A DNA stretch of 64,000 nt from a bacterium (GCA_043719295.1 JAYSUD010000005.1:98077-162076); one strand, 5' to 3'; shown: positions 49,984 to 60,243, counted from the stretch's first letter. Notes: generated by a model from the letters alone, not told the origin. Numbers and translations are program-made.

Positions 49984-51402
49984 CTAGTTACTTTGAAATA
50001 AACTTGCACTTGAAGGGTTCGTGACAGCAATGGTCTTTGTGTATGTTTTAGGAGCTCCAGTATTTTGCAAGAGATTGAGGGTTACCGTGTACCTTCCTGC
50101 TCTTGCATAGGTGTGTACGCGCGTTACTTCAGTAATTGCTAGTGTACACGCAAGTTGTGTAGACGCAGCTACTTTATCTTCTCCAGTGCCATCACCCCAC
50201 GTAATCGCATATCCCTGACAACCATTAGTTAACGAAAATTTTGCAGTTGCTGTAAGTCCTGTAACCGCAACAGCAAGTTCTTGTGTTGATGAGGCCACTT
50301 TCTTTACAACTTCCCAACTTCCATTTCTACAAACGTATGAACGGTCAGAGCTTAAATAACGATTTGAAGTAAATCCACTATTGCTTGTACGTGTCTCACC
50401 CTCTTGATAGGTTTGACGGTCATTGGTACATACACGAGCTTTTTTAGCTAACGCAATGAGCTTTGCAATATCACCAGTGTATCCACTATCTCTAAAAGCA
50501 CTGTCTCTGTTAGCATCTGTACATCCACGACTAACACAAACACTCACAACCACCTGTGTTCTATTTTTAAGCTTAATAGTGTATACCGCAGGCCCGTCAA
50601 AAAGTGTTTTTGATGAATCAAGTGTCACTGAAGCAACATCATCAAATCCATATGTAGTAGAGACTGAAGTCGCAAGAGCTAACAATGCATCAATATTTCC
50701 TGTGTAACCCGTTGCTTTCACTTGGTTTTCAAAAGCACCAAGTGGGGTAAAGCCTCTTTTAAATGTATGCACTTTCCCACTCTTAAGTGTAACGGTATAG
50801 AGCGTGTATTCATCATCAATTGCTAGCGGTATTGGGTCAACTGATTTTTTTGTTACTGATTGTACATCAGCAAGTGTGTAACTTTTGACTTGAGGATTAC
50901 ATTGTGCCTTCATTTTTTCACGGGTATTTTGTCCAAAAACACCATACCCAGTAGTAGCTGGTGTACCAGAGGTCACCACTCCGTTTGCTTTCTGCCAATT
51001 CTGTACAGCCCGTTCTGTTGATGGTCCATAAAAACCAGTAATACTTCCGTGTGAATAATGACCAGTTTTAGTAAGATAACTTTGCAATTTTCCTACTTCA
51101 CCACCTGAAGTTGCGTCAGTAGACCCAAGTTTTAGAGTTCGTGTGAGTGGAGTACAAGCTCCTGATGGTGTAGAACTCGCATTTCCAATATGTGCAGTAT
51201 CTTTTTGTAGTAACGCAATTTGAGCCATCAGATCTTTAATCATCTTTTCAAGGTTTGCAAGCGTGGTGGCTTGTGTTTGCGCTTGAGAAGTTGTCTGTAC
51301 CTGTGCTTGTGCTGGCAAGGAAAACGCCAACAGGACTACTGTTGCAAGAAAACAACTTGCGAGCACTGTCCGCATCTTGTTTGTATTAAATACTTTGTGA
51401 TT
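49984..51402 (-). CDS. secreted protein with peptidoglycan-binding (PG_binding_1-like) domain and C-terminal domains of unknown function
   Basis: signal peptide (MRTVLASCFLATVVLLAFSLPAQA); LQSYLTKTGHY...GFYGPSTERAVQNWQ PG-binding pattern. Confidence 0.55.
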   Translation of the reverse strand, partial: NHKVFNTNKMRTVLASCFLATVVLLAFSLPAQAQVQTTSQAQTQATTLANLEKMIKDLMAQIALLQKDTAHIGNASSTPSGACTPLTRTLKLGSTDATSGGEVGKLQSYLTKTGHYSHGSITGFYGPSTERAVQNWQKANGVVTSGTPATTGYGVFGQNTREKMKAQCNPQVKSYTLADVQSVTKKSVDPIPLAIDDEYTLYTVTLKSGKVHTFKRGFTPLGAFENQVKATGYTGNIDALLALATSVSTTYGFDDVASVTLDSSKTLFDGPAVYTIKLKNRTQVVVSVCVSRGCTDANRDSAFRDSGYTGDIAKLIALAKKARVCTNDRQTYQEGETRTSNSGFTSNRYLSSDRSYVCRNGSWEVVKKVASSTQELAVAVTGLTATAKFSLTNGCQGYAITWGDGTGEDKVAASTQLACTLAITEVTRVHTYARAGRYTVTLNLLQNTGAPKTYTKTIAVTNPSSASLFQSN

Positions 51403-51574
51403 CATATACTGTGTGTAATAAATTTTAAATAAATTGAAATGGCACCGGCAGCAAGCCGATGCCTCCATCCATATATGGTAACACCAAAAAATACCCAAAA
51501 GAATTGTCATGGGGACATAATAAAAAGTAAGATGTCCAACACCTTACTTTTTATTGCATCCCTTAGTAAAAACT

Positions 51575-53647
51575 TTAAGCCAAAGCCTTTGTCGGATCAC
51601 CCGCTTTTTCTTCCGCTATTCGCGCATCTCGATACACATCATTTATTGGAACTCCTTCGGCCTTTAACAAAATTTCATACGCTTCACGTTCAAGTGTTTC
51701 AACTTCAAATAGTCTCTGAGAAATCACGTCGAGTGCAGGGCGATACTTTGTGAGGATTTCACGAGCTTTTTCTTTTCCATCTTCAATGATTTTGTTTACC
51801 TCGTCATCAATAGTCTTTGCAATCTGCGGTGAATATCCTCTATCTTCGCTCATACCTCCACCAAGCATCCTTCCTCCAGTTCCCTCAAATGCGATAGGTC
51901 CAAGCGGCGACATTCCGTATTTTGTCACCATATCGCGTGCTAGGTTTGCTACAACTTGTAAGTCGTTTGAAGGTCCAGTAGTTAAGTCATCGAAAACCAT
52001 TTGCTCAGTAACGTACCCTCCAAGTGTCATTGCAATATCATCAAGAAATTCTTTACGTGTATGCATTTTTCGATCTTCGTCTGGCAGTTTAAGTGTGTAT
52101 CCCGCAGCTCGTCCTCGAGAAATAATTGAAATTTTCTGTACAGGATCAGCGTATGGTAATACCGAAGCTACAAGTGCGTGCCCCACTTCGTGGTACGCGG
52201 TAACAAGGCGTTCTTTCTTTGAAAGCACGTGGCTTTTTCGTTCAGGACCTAACATCACTTTTTCAATAGAACGAATTAAGTCAAACTGCCCTACTGTCTT
52301 TCGCTTTTCACGCGCTGCTAAAATCGCACCTTCATTCATGAGTGAATACAAATCTGCTCCTGAGAACCCTGGTGTTCGTTGCGCAATAATCTCTAAGTTC
52401 ACATCATCTTGTAGAGGTTTTGTGCGTGCATGCACTTCAAGAATTGCTTTACGATCGTGACGATCGGGCAAGTCAATGGTGACCCGTCGGTCAAATCGCC
52501 CTGGACGTAATAGCGCTGGGTCAAGTACATCAGGACGGTTTGTTGCAGCCATCACAATCACTTTTGCATTTGGTTCAAATCCATCCATCTCAACGAGAAT
52601 TTGGTTAAGTGTTTGTTCACGTTCATCGTTGCCTCCCCCAATTCCTGTTCCTCGCACGCGTCCGACCGCATCAATTTCATCAACGAAAATAATCGACGGT
52701 GCAGACTTTTTTGCCATCTGGAATAAATCCCGCACTCGAGAAGCACCTACACCAACAAACATTTCTACGAACTCAGAACCCGAAATTGAGTAAAATGGAA
52801 CACCTGCTTCACCTGCTACCGCACGTGCAAGCAAGGTTTTTCCTGTTCCTGGTGCCCCCATCATCATGACACCCTTTGGAATTTCAGCACCAATGTCCAA
52901 AAACTTCTTCGGATTTTTTAAGAAATCAACAATTTCTTCAAGTTCCTGTTTTGCCTCTTTTGCACCAGCAACATCTTTAAAGGTAACTTTCTTTGAAGTG
53001 TCGTTTGGATCGATAAATCGTGCCTTACTTGCTCCAAAACTCATCGCCTGCATTCCTGCTCCTTTAACAGAGCGAGTGAAAAACCAGATAATAATTCCTA
53101 AGAAAAGGAGTGGGAAAATAAATGGAGCTGCATTTGAAAGCCAGTATGAAAAGCCAGTTTCATTCTGCACATCAATTTTTACCGCATTAAGTTGATCGGT
53201 AGTAACTCCGAGTGCCACAAGTGTTTCGGTAACTGCAGCATCTCGTTCTTTTTTTGCAGTACCTTTAGTCTTAGTTGCGTCAGTATACTCAACTTCAAGC
53301 TCAGCTCCACGCACAACAATTTTTGCAACCTCCCCTTTCTTTACTTGCTGTGCAATCTCAGATACTGCAAACTCTTCTGACTTTACTTGTCTATCTACTA
53401 CGTACGAATATGCGGCAGTAATAAACACCAACAGAAGTACAGTTGAAAGAATATTGTTCCAAAAATTACCCGGACCAATAGGCATGTTTTTTCCAACCCC
53501 TTTTCCATTCTTAAGCATTGGCATTTTAATACCCTTCTTTGCACTTCCTTTTTTAACTTCTTTAGACACCACTTCAACATTCTCCTTTTCTACAGGAGTT
53601 GTTGTGGTCTCTTCATTAATTTCCTCGTTTTTTTGGTTCTCTGACAT
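51575..53647 (-). CDS. ftsH: ATP-dependent zinc metalloprotease FtsH
   Basis: AAA Walker [18 protein letters not shown] zinc motif, N-terminal TM pair. Confidence 0.9.
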   Translation of the reverse strand: MSENQKNEEINEETTTTPVEKENVEVVSKEVKKGSAKKGIKMPMLKNGKGVGKNMPIGPGNFWNNILSTVLLLVFITAAYSYVVDRQVKSEEFAVSEIAQQVKKGEVAKIVVRGAELEVEYTDATKTKGTAKKERDAAVTETLVALGVTTDQLNAVKIDVQNETGFSYWLSNAAPFIFPLLFLGIIIWFFTRSVKGAGMQAMSFGASKARFIDPNDTSKKVTFKDVAGAKEAKQELEEIVDFLKNPKKFLDIGAEIPKGVMMMGAPGTGKTLLARAVAGEAGVPFYSISGSEFVEMFVGVGASRVRDLFQMAKKSAPSIIFVDEIDAVGRVRGTGIGGGNDEREQTLNQILVEMDGFEPNAKVIVMAATNRPDVLDPALLRPGRFDRRVTIDLPDRHDRKAILEVHARTKPLQDDVNLEIIAQRTPGFSGADLYSLMNEGAILAAREKRKTVGQFDLIRSIEKVMLGPERKSHVLSKKERLVTAYHEVGHALVASVLPYADPVQKISIISRGRAAGYTLKLPDEDRKMHTRKEFLDDIAMTLGGYVTEQMVFDDLTTGPSNDLQVVANLARDMVTKYGMSPLGPIAFEGTGGRMLGGGMSEDRGYSPQIAKTIDDEVNKIIEDGKEKAREILTKYRPALDVISQRLFEVETLEREAYEILLKAEGVPINDVYRDARIAEEKAGDPTKALA

Positions 53648-53712
53648 AGAGTGTCATTATACAGAAATGAGGCTATTTGGCGAGTAATTTGATATAGTTG
53701 GGATAATAAAAT

Positions 53713-54159
53713 ATGAGCGCATACATTAGTAATAAAAAGGCATCGTTTAACTTTGAACTCCTTGAAACCTTTGAGGCAGGAGCGGTGCTTTTTGGGTATG
53801 AGGTAAAGTCCATTCGCGCAGGTAAAGGAAAGCTTGAAGGAGCTCACGTGGTTATCCGAGGTGGTGAGGCATTTTTGGTAGGTGCTTCAATCACCGCTTT
53901 TCAGCCTGTAAATACTCCAAAAAGTTATGATCAAGAACGTGCACGAAAACTTCTTTTGTCTAAAAAAGAACTCCAGGTTCTTGAACGTCAAAGTGAGAAT
54001 GCTGGCTTGACAATAGTGCCATTAAAGTGGTATAATAGTGGACGCAATGTAAAGCTTGCAATTGCTATCGGCCGTGGTAAAAAGAAGGTCGATAAACGTG
54101 AAGCGCTCAAGGAGCGTGACACAAAAAGAGAAATCAATCGTACCTTGAAAGAACAATAG
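53713..54159 (+). CDS. smpB: SsrA-binding protein SmpB
   Basis: SmpB pattern (NKKASFNFELLE...GxEVKS); tmRNA follows. Confidence 0.85.
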   Translation: MSAYISNKKASFNFELLETFEAGAVLFGYEVKSIRAGKGKLEGAHVVIRGGEAFLVGASITAFQPVNTPKSYDQERARKLLLSKKELQVLERQSENAGLTIVPLKWYNSGRNVKLAIAIGRGKKKVDKREALKERDTKREINRTLKEQ

Positions 54160-54236
54160 AATCTTCGCTACAGTGAGATGGGTTCACATTCGGTGGCACA
54201 TCAAAAAATCAAACAACAAGTTGAGGGCAGTGACTA

Positions 54237-54476
54237 ATGGCTGATATCGTAATACTCCAATTCGGGACAAAACGTGATCCCGAAACAGAGCAAAAGCAGA
54301 TAGAACTGCTGACAAAACGGGTCTTGAATGAGATCTACAAAGGCAGAGTTGCAGAAATGCTCTCTGATATGCGGCACGACACTTTTAAAGGTGAATGCTC
54401 GCACTTGAAGCTGTGGCTCCAAGAAAAACTTGAGGTAGTTCAAGTTTCAAGACCAGTTCGCGTACTAATACAGTAA
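54237..54476 (+). CDS. hypothetical 79-aa ORF inside an inverted-repeat-bounded element
   Basis: GAGGG RBS; bounded by 16-bp inverted repeats at 54167-54182 and 54518-54533. Confidence 0.25.
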   Translation: MADIVILQFGTKRDPETEQKQIELLTKRVLNEIYKGRVAEMLSDMRHDTFKGECSHLKLWLQEKLEVVQVSRPVRVLIQ

Positions 54477-54590
54477 GCGAACGAGAGGAACGACTCGAGC
54501 AGTATCCTGCCGTTCCTCCCATCTCACTGCAGCGAATATTAATTTAGATACAAACCGGTGGTCATATGACCCCAAAAAAGGGAGAGAACT

Positions 54591-54758
54591 ATGCTGTACA
54601 ATGACCCGACTCTGATGATTGTAGTAATGGCGATACTGTATATCCCCATTGCAATTTTTTTCACAATTCTCGGATTCAGACTACTACTTTGGAGACGAGC
54701 AAAAAAGCACGTCCCCCGGCGGACACTATATAAGTCCGCCCCATCATTTTGTATCTAA
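54591..54758 (+). CDS. hypothetical 55-aa single-TM small protein
   Basis: strong RBS AAGGGAGAG 6 nt upstream; not in the ORF track (<60 aa). Confidence 0.3.
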   Translation: MLYNDPTLMIVVMAILYIPIAIFFTILGFRLLLWRRAKKHVPRRTLYKSAPSFCI

Positions 54759-54887
54759 ACAATATACGCACACTATCCCCTGAAAATTTTTAAATTCAAT
54801 TTGAAAATTGTAAGAGACTTACAACTTGTACGTCATGATGTATGTACAACCTTCCCATTGAGTATTTAAGCTATTTGAATTTTCAAT

Positions 54888-55280
54888 GGGGATGCTAGGC
54901 ATCGACGGTTAGTCCCTGCTGTTGTGTGCAGTGTCAAAAGAGCATGTGGATTTGTAAAAATACATGCAACACTTACGTGCTAAGAATAACGTAGTAAGTC
55001 CATACTTCTCGAAGTTGGATCTCGTACCCGCTCTCGCGTAACCCGCGACGGCCGGTCGACATTGTTTCTCTTGAGGTTTCATAGAGAGAATTGCAGTGTA
55101 ATAAAAATGAAACTTGAAAGTAGTACCCCTTCCTAGTACTACTTAGACCTTCTTAGGAATCGAGAGTGTACGATTTTGTTTATCTTATACGTCCACCCTT
55201 TAAATCAAAAGAAATACTACACACTGTAGACGCGCGATAGCAACCTAATTCGGACGTGGATTCAATTTCCACCATCTCCA
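54888..55280 (+). ncRNA. ssrA: tmRNA (ssrA), one-piece
   Basis: 5' GGGGATGCTAGGCATCGACGG (conserved TCGACGG); 3' tRNA-like end GTGGA-TTCAATT-TCCAC + CATCTCC + A; G3:U70 alanine determinant; candidate tag ORF (A)KNNVVSPYFSKLDLVPALA* at 54979-55041. Confidence 0.8.
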
Positions 55281-55574
55281 CAATTTAAAAATCTGCACAC
55301 ATTTTTCGTGGGCGATTTTTATTTGTGGAGATGGTGAACAGGCAAACTGCTTTGCCTGTGTGAAATTGAATCAAGCGGAAGCATGTTGCCTTGCAACAGC
55401 TGAGCTCGGGGAGGAAGTTCTTAGTAATTTAGGAACGAAGTGAACTTAAGTACTTAGAAACTTGACCCTTCAATTTCCACTATCTCCACCGACACATAAA
55501 ATCACTCAGATCCATGAGTGGTTTTATGTTTTATTTGGCACGGTGACCCACGGAAGTATGTCATACTTATATAT

Positions 55575-56336
55575 ATGCAAACTGAATCTTTTTACTATAA
55601 AAAAGGAACTGCGGTTCCATTTGCGCTTGCCATTGCAGGGATCGTAAGCACTCTTACAGTTGCTGGATTAATGGCAAATTCTTTTAGTGCATATCCTCAA
55701 GCGGACATGAGAACAGAGGCTGATCTCAAAACACGAACTATTGGTGAGACGTTTCAAGTGAAGTTGGTTGTAGAGTCATCAGTACCTGTCAATGCCTTTT
55801 CTGGAGATTTGTCATTTAATACAGATGTGCTCACTGTTGAGCGAATTGATTACAACATCTCTATTGCAGACTTGTGGGTAAAAGAACCTTGGTACAGTAA
55901 CGGTGACGGGACCATTCACTTTGCAGGAGGCACCACAAAACAAGGAGGTTTTACAGGAACTGACACCCTCTTAACTATTACCTTTACAACACGTAAAGAA
56001 GGTCAGGGATTTATTGGAATTAATAATGCACGCATCTTACAGCACGATGGACTTGGGACAGATACAAAACTTAAAGAATCATTTGATATGCTCTTTGTTG
56101 TACAAAATTCTGCAACAAATACTATTGATATCTTACGAAAGACAGATCCAAAAAGTACTTGGTACGCCGTACAAAAAGATAAACCAACAACAGATCTGAA
56201 CAAAGATGGAGCACAAACAATTATTGATGTAAGTATTTTTATGATGCACACGGTTCGCCAGAATATGCAGTCTGACTTTAATCAAGATGGGGTCGTAGGA
56301 GCAGCTGATTTAAGTATCTTAATGGGAAAAGAGTAA
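55575..56336 (+). CDS. secreted cohesin-like domain protein with C-terminal dockerin (type I) repeat pair
   Basis: signal/TM start; C-terminal DLNKDGAQTIIDV...DFNQDGVVGAADLSIL Ca-binding dockerin repeats. Confidence 0.55.
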   Translation: MQTESFYYKKGTAVPFALAIAGIVSTLTVAGLMANSFSAYPQADMRTEADLKTRTIGETFQVKLVVESSVPVNAFSGDLSFNTDVLTVERIDYNISIADLWVKEPWYSNGDGTIHFAGGTTKQGGFTGTDTLLTITFTTRKEGQGFIGINNARILQHDGLGTDTKLKESFDMLFVVQNSATNTIDILRKTDPKSTWYAVQKDKPTTDLNKDGAQTIIDVSIFMMHTVRQNMQSDFNQDGVVGAADLSILMGKE

Positions 56337-56373
56337 TAAAAGAAACTGTTGATACAGTGCTACACTGATACGT

Positions 56374-56727
56374 ATGAAAACATACACGGGAAGTTGCCAC
56401 TGCAAGAAGGTGCGGTACGAAGTCGATATTGAACATCTGAAGGAAGTTATATCTTGTAATTGCTCTATCTGTTCTAAGCGAGGATGGTTGCTTACCTTTG
56501 TACCAAAAGCTTCATTTAGACTTATTACAGGTGAAGATGAACTTACAGACTACCAGTTTAATAAACATCTCATTCACCATCTGTTCTGTACCACCTGTGG
56601 CACCGCTTCATTTGGAACTGGAAGCGATGGTCAAGGTAACGAATCTATCGCAATCAACGTCCGTTGCCTTGATGATGTAGACATTGATTCCCTGGTAATT
56701 TCCAAATACGACGGTAAGAATATATAA
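56374..56727 (+). CDS. GFA-family (CENP-V/glutathione-dependent formaldehyde-activating-like) zinc protein
   Basis: CxC...CxxC...CxxC Cys pattern of GFA/DUF636. Confidence 0.7.
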   Translation: MKTYTGSCHCKKVRYEVDIEHLKEVISCNCSICSKRGWLLTFVPKASFRLITGEDELTDYQFNKHLIHHLFCTTCGTASFGTGSDGQGNESIAINVRCLDDVDIDSLVISKYDGKNI

Positions 56728-56730
56728 CGT

Positions 56731-56756
56731 AAAAAACTCCCTTAGGGAGTTTTTTA
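56731..56756. terminator. bidirectional terminator (AACTCCC-TTAG-GGAGTT)
   Basis: A-run, hairpin, T-run between convergent genes. Confidence 0.65.
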
Positions 56757-57221
56757 TTCTTTTTCTTCGCTTTGACTTATTGCTTCAAGCACGCGCATAT
56801 ACGCAAGAAAATCAAGTGGCGACACACCCGTAATCCATGTTCTACTTACCACCCGAAGTTTACGTTCGATAGTTACAACCAATGATGATCCCTCTTTAGT
56901 GAGGTGTATATTCTTTGCTCGTGAATCAACGTTACTTTTTTCAATGGTAACAAGTCCTCTTTTTTGGAGCTCAGCAATAATTCTTGTTACAAAAGGAGGC
57001 TTCACACCAAGTGCATCTGCAATGTCTATCAAATATAACGTCTCTTCACTTGTTTCATACAATATACCCAACAGTGCCCAATCTACCGTTGATAAATCAT
57101 ACACAGAAAGAAATGCTGTTGTTTTCTTTTTAAGAATACGATAACTCTTAGCCTGTAAGAGGCCAATCGAGTACGTTGAAAACTTTTTTTTGTAGGAAAT
57201 GAGACGTTTTATGAGATTCAT
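56754..57221 (-). CDS. MarR-family transcriptional regulator
   Basis: winged-HTH MarR pattern (DIADALGVKPPFVTRIIAELQKRGLV). Confidence 0.75.
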   Translation of the reverse strand: MNLIKRLISYKKKFSTYSIGLLQAKSYRILKKKTTAFLSVYDLSTVDWALLGILYETSEETLYLIDIADALGVKPPFVTRIIAELQKRGLVTIEKSNVDSRAKNIHLTKEGSSLVVTIERKLRVVSRTWITGVSPLDFLAYMRVLEAISQSEEKE

Positions 57222-57355
57222 AGTTTTGTATACCCACTAGTATATTGCCCTTTCTTGAAATATGCTATACTAAATTTACTTAACTTAGTTAAGTAAAGGT
57301 ACTCCATGGCTTTACCTATTGGTAGTACAGATTTATTTAATATAAAAAAATACAT

Positions 57356-57973
57356 ATGAAAAATAATGGATTGATTATCGGAATTATTGGAGTGATTATT
57401 CTTGGAGTCTTAGTGTATATGTTCTCAAATAATGATGCTGAGATACAAAATACAACAGTAAACACACAAACGCCACCGGTAACACAGAATAATACAGCAC
57501 CAACAACAAATACACCTGAAGAAACAGGCGTAATGGTTGGAGGTGCAATGATGCTCCCAAGTCTTGATATTGTAGATAATGCTGCTAAAGCAAAAAATGT
57601 AACAACTGTCGTAGCGGCTGTAACTGCTGCAGGACTTGTTGATACACTTAAGGGTCCTGGACCGTTTACTGTATTTGCACCAAGTAACACTGCGTTTGAA
57701 AAGTTGCCCGCAGGTACTGTTGACACACTTCTTAAACCTGAAAACAAAACAAAGTTATCAGAAATACTGACCTATCACGTAGTTGCAGGAAGATACACCA
57801 CAGCCGACCTCAAGGATGGACAAGTATTAGAAACTGTTAATGGACAAGATATCACCATCAAAAAGGTCGGTAACAAAATTACTGTTAATGGATCTGCTAT
57901 GGTAGAAACAGCAGATGTGATTTCAAGTAACGGTGTCACGTTCGTAATTGATACTGTACTAATGCCGAAGTAG
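57356..57973 (+). CDS. fasciclin (FAS1) domain protein, secreted/anchored
   Basis: FAS1 motifs TVFAPSNTAFEKL and LTYHVVAG; N-terminal TM. Confidence 0.75.
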   Translation: MKNNGLIIGIIGVIILGVLVYMFSNNDAEIQNTTVNTQTPPVTQNNTAPTTNTPEETGVMVGGAMMLPSLDIVDNAAKAKNVTTVVAAVTAAGLVDTLKGPGPFTVFAPSNTAFEKLPAGTVDTLLKPENKTKLSEILTYHVVAGRYTTADLKDGQVLETVNGQDITIKKVGNKITVNGSAMVETADVISSNGVTFVIDTVLMPK

Positions 57974-57997
57974 TTAGTTGTTAAGAACCCTACACAT

Positions 57998-58029
57998 AAA
58001 AAGAAGACTCCCTAGGGAGTCTTCTTTTT
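57998..58029. terminator. bidirectional terminator (AGAAGACTCCC-TAG-GGAGTCTTCT)
   Basis: perfect 11-bp stem with A/T runs. Confidence 0.65.
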
Positions 58030-58050
58030 ATGTGTATTACTAGACATTAT

Positions 58051-58662
58051 CTATACTTCTTTTGTATCAACGTTCTTGAATGTCACCACACGATAAAAAT
58101 AAATGCCGAAGAACGTGAAGATGATCCCGTTTGATATAAAGTCGATATATACTGACATAGTTTCATACTGACTCTCAAGTACATACCCTAAGAAAAGAAG
58201 CATCGATGTCCAGATAGTGGTACCGAAAAAAGAGTAGAGCACAAAACGGCCAAACGGCATTCGCGCAATTCCTGCAGGCACAGAGATGAGTGTTCTAACA
58301 GTAGGCATGATACGCCCGAAGAATACCGCAAGGTGTCCATGTTTACTAAACCATGTTTGTGCAGCATCAATGTCATCGGCAGATACCGTCATCACTCTTC
58401 CATATTTTAAAGAAAGTTTTTTTAGTCGTGGTACGCCATAGAGACGTCCAAGAAAGTACCACGGAATACAACCGACAAGTCCCCCACTTATTGTTGCTAT
58501 CAATACTCCAATGATATTAAGTTCTCCTTTTGCCGCAGCAAACCCTGCAAGTGGAATAACTAACTCAGAGGGAATTGGCGGAAAAAGGTTTTCTAATACC
58601 ATTAGAAAAAAAATCCCTAAATACCCTCCTGCTTCAATAATGTATAAAATCCATTCAAACAT
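58051..58662 (-). CDS. DedA/VTT-domain membrane protein
   Basis: DedA SNARE-associated pattern (GxxxxP...E...R). Confidence 0.75.
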   Translation of the reverse strand: MFEWILYIIEAGGYLGIFFLMVLENLFPPIPSELVIPLAGFAAAKGELNIIGVLIATISGGLVGCIPWYFLGRLYGVPRLKKLSLKYGRVMTVSADDIDAAQTWFSKHGHLAVFFGRIMPTVRTLISVPAGIARMPFGRFVLYSFFGTTIWTSMLLFLGYVLESQYETMSVYIDFISNGIIFTFFGIYFYRVVTFKNVDTKEV

Positions 58663-58739
58663 ATGTACGTATTATGGCTCTTAGTATAACAGTATGGTCA
58701 GGTCAAAAATGAACAACTCCCCATCTATCCTGATAGAAG

Positions 58740-59144
58740 CTACTTATAACAAGCGATAAGTGACGCACCTTCTAGTACCGATGGTGTTGCACCTGCCATA
58801 ATTTCTGCTACACGGGCTTTCCCTACTTTTGCTTCTGCACAGGCAATCATCGCTGGAGTTAATGTAGCTTCATCAGGGTTAAGGCCGAACGATTCAAGCA
58901 TTTTTTTCTGACCTGATGACAGGCCACTTTGTGAACTTGAATCTCCTTGTGCAGGTACATCACTTTGCCCAACATTATTTACACCACTTTGTTGAGTATT
59001 TTCTGAGCTATTTTGTTTTAGCATATCCGAGGTATCGTCTGCAATTGAATTGAGCCTGGTTTCTATCCCTGACCTTCCAAGAACAAACCCTATAGCTAAA
59101 GCTAAGAGAACCACACATACCCATCCAACAATTTTTATATTCAT
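58740..59144 (-). CDS. hypothetical membrane-anchored protein
   Basis: N-terminal TM then Ser/Gln-rich linker and a small C-terminal domain. Confidence 0.3.
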   Translation of the reverse strand: MNIKIVGWVCVVLLALAIGFVLGRSGIETRLNSIADDTSDMLKQNSSENTQQSGVNNVGQSDVPAQGDSSSQSGLSSGQKKMLESFGLNPDEATLTPAMIACAEAKVGKARVAEIMAGATPSVLEGASLIACYK

Positions 59145-59253
59145 CACTACAGTATACTCCTCTTTTAATCTCATTTTCTGGATAGGTATTACCCCCTCTT
59201 TCCCACAAAATCATAACGTTGATTTGGGTACTCTTTGCTATACTGTTCCAACT

Positions 59254-59670
59254 ATGCTTGATGATTCATACAGACCAGAGGTAAAAGTAAAGAAAAGTTC
59301 TGCTGGACTTGGCCTTTTTGCAAATGAAGATATTAAAAAAGACCAACTTGTTATTGAGTACACTGGTGAACGCATTACTGAAGCTGTCGCAAATAAACGA
59401 GGTGGTCGCTATCTCTTTGAAGTTACCGATGACTTAGTTATTGATGGTAAGGGGCGAGAAAACAAAGCTCGCTACATTAACCATGCCTGCAAACCTAATT
59501 GTGAAGCAGAGCATGATGAAGATGAACATCGAATCTACATCCGTGCATGCAAAAATATTAAGAAAGGTGACGAACTTTCATACAATTACGGAAAGGTGTA
59601 CATGAAAGAAATCATTGGACCTGAGGGTTGCTTGTGTACCACCTGTACTGCAAAGAGTTTGAAAAAATAA
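59254..59670 (+). CDS. SET-domain protein (putative lysine methyltransferase)
   Basis: INHACKPNC (NHSCxPN) and ELSYNYG (ELxxDY) SET signatures plus post-SET Cys cluster CLCTTC; start at MLDDSYRPE. Confidence 0.7.
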   Translation: MLDDSYRPEVKVKKSSAGLGLFANEDIKKDQLVIEYTGERITEAVANKRGGRYLFEVTDDLVIDGKGRENKARYINHACKPNCEAEHDEDEHRIYIRACKNIKKGDELSYNYGKVYMKEIIGPEGCLCTTCTAKSLKK

Positions 59671-59718
59671 AAACAAAGATGCAATTGTCTCTTTGTTTTT
59701 ATTTTATATACGCGGTAT

Positions 59719-60243
59719 CTACTCAGTAATTGGTTCTGCTTCAGCACTCACTTCTGTTGATGGAACTGTCTCAGCTGACGATGTTGACGAAGCAGATACA
59801 GATGCCGAACTTGACGAAGTGTCGTCTGTTGATGTGGCTACGGGAACAGCGACCTCTGGAGCTGCCTGTCCCATTCCAACAAGCCCACCATTTGGTGCAC
59901 CTGCACCTGCTTGTTCAATTGGTACAGACTGTAAGGCAGCTTGCTCGTCGCCAGTTGCGTTTTGCTTTCGATCGCGGATTGTGTTTTCAACGCTAAGCTG
60001 TCCCGTATCTGAAAAACCTATTAAGGCTGAGGCCCCCATAACCAAGAGAAACAAGGTGAAGCCGACAATAAGAACTTTAGGAGAACGTCTAGTTTTTGAT
60101 GCGACAACCACTGTTTTTACTGGAGCTTTTCTTGTTGTAGTACGAACTGGTTTCGCTGCAGAAGAAGAACCAGATACCGTTTTAGTGGTTGTCCGACGTA
60201 CTACTTTTTTTGCGGTTGTTTTACGAACTACTTTCTCTGTCAT
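59719..60243 (-). CDS. hypothetical protein: basic K/R/T-rich N-terminus, one TM, acidic Ser-rich C-terminus
   Basis: ORF only; the overlapping plus-strand ORF looks spurious. Confidence 0.35.
   Translation of the reverse strand: MTEKVVRKTTAKKVVRRTTTKTVSGSSSAAKPVRTTTRKAPVKTVVVASKTRRSPKVLIVGFTLFLLVMGASALIGFSDTGQLSVENTIRDRKQNATGDEQAALQSVPIEQAGAGAPNGGLVGMGQAAPEVAVPVATSTDDTSSSSASVSASSTSSAETVPSTEVSAEAEPITE

Noticed and set aside
54160-54890. Two-piece or permuted tmRNA, or a second ssrA copy, in the smpB-ssrA spacer
   Set aside because: No second tRNA-like domain or TCGACGG box is present. The single standard one-piece tmRNA at 54888-55280 accounts for ssrA.
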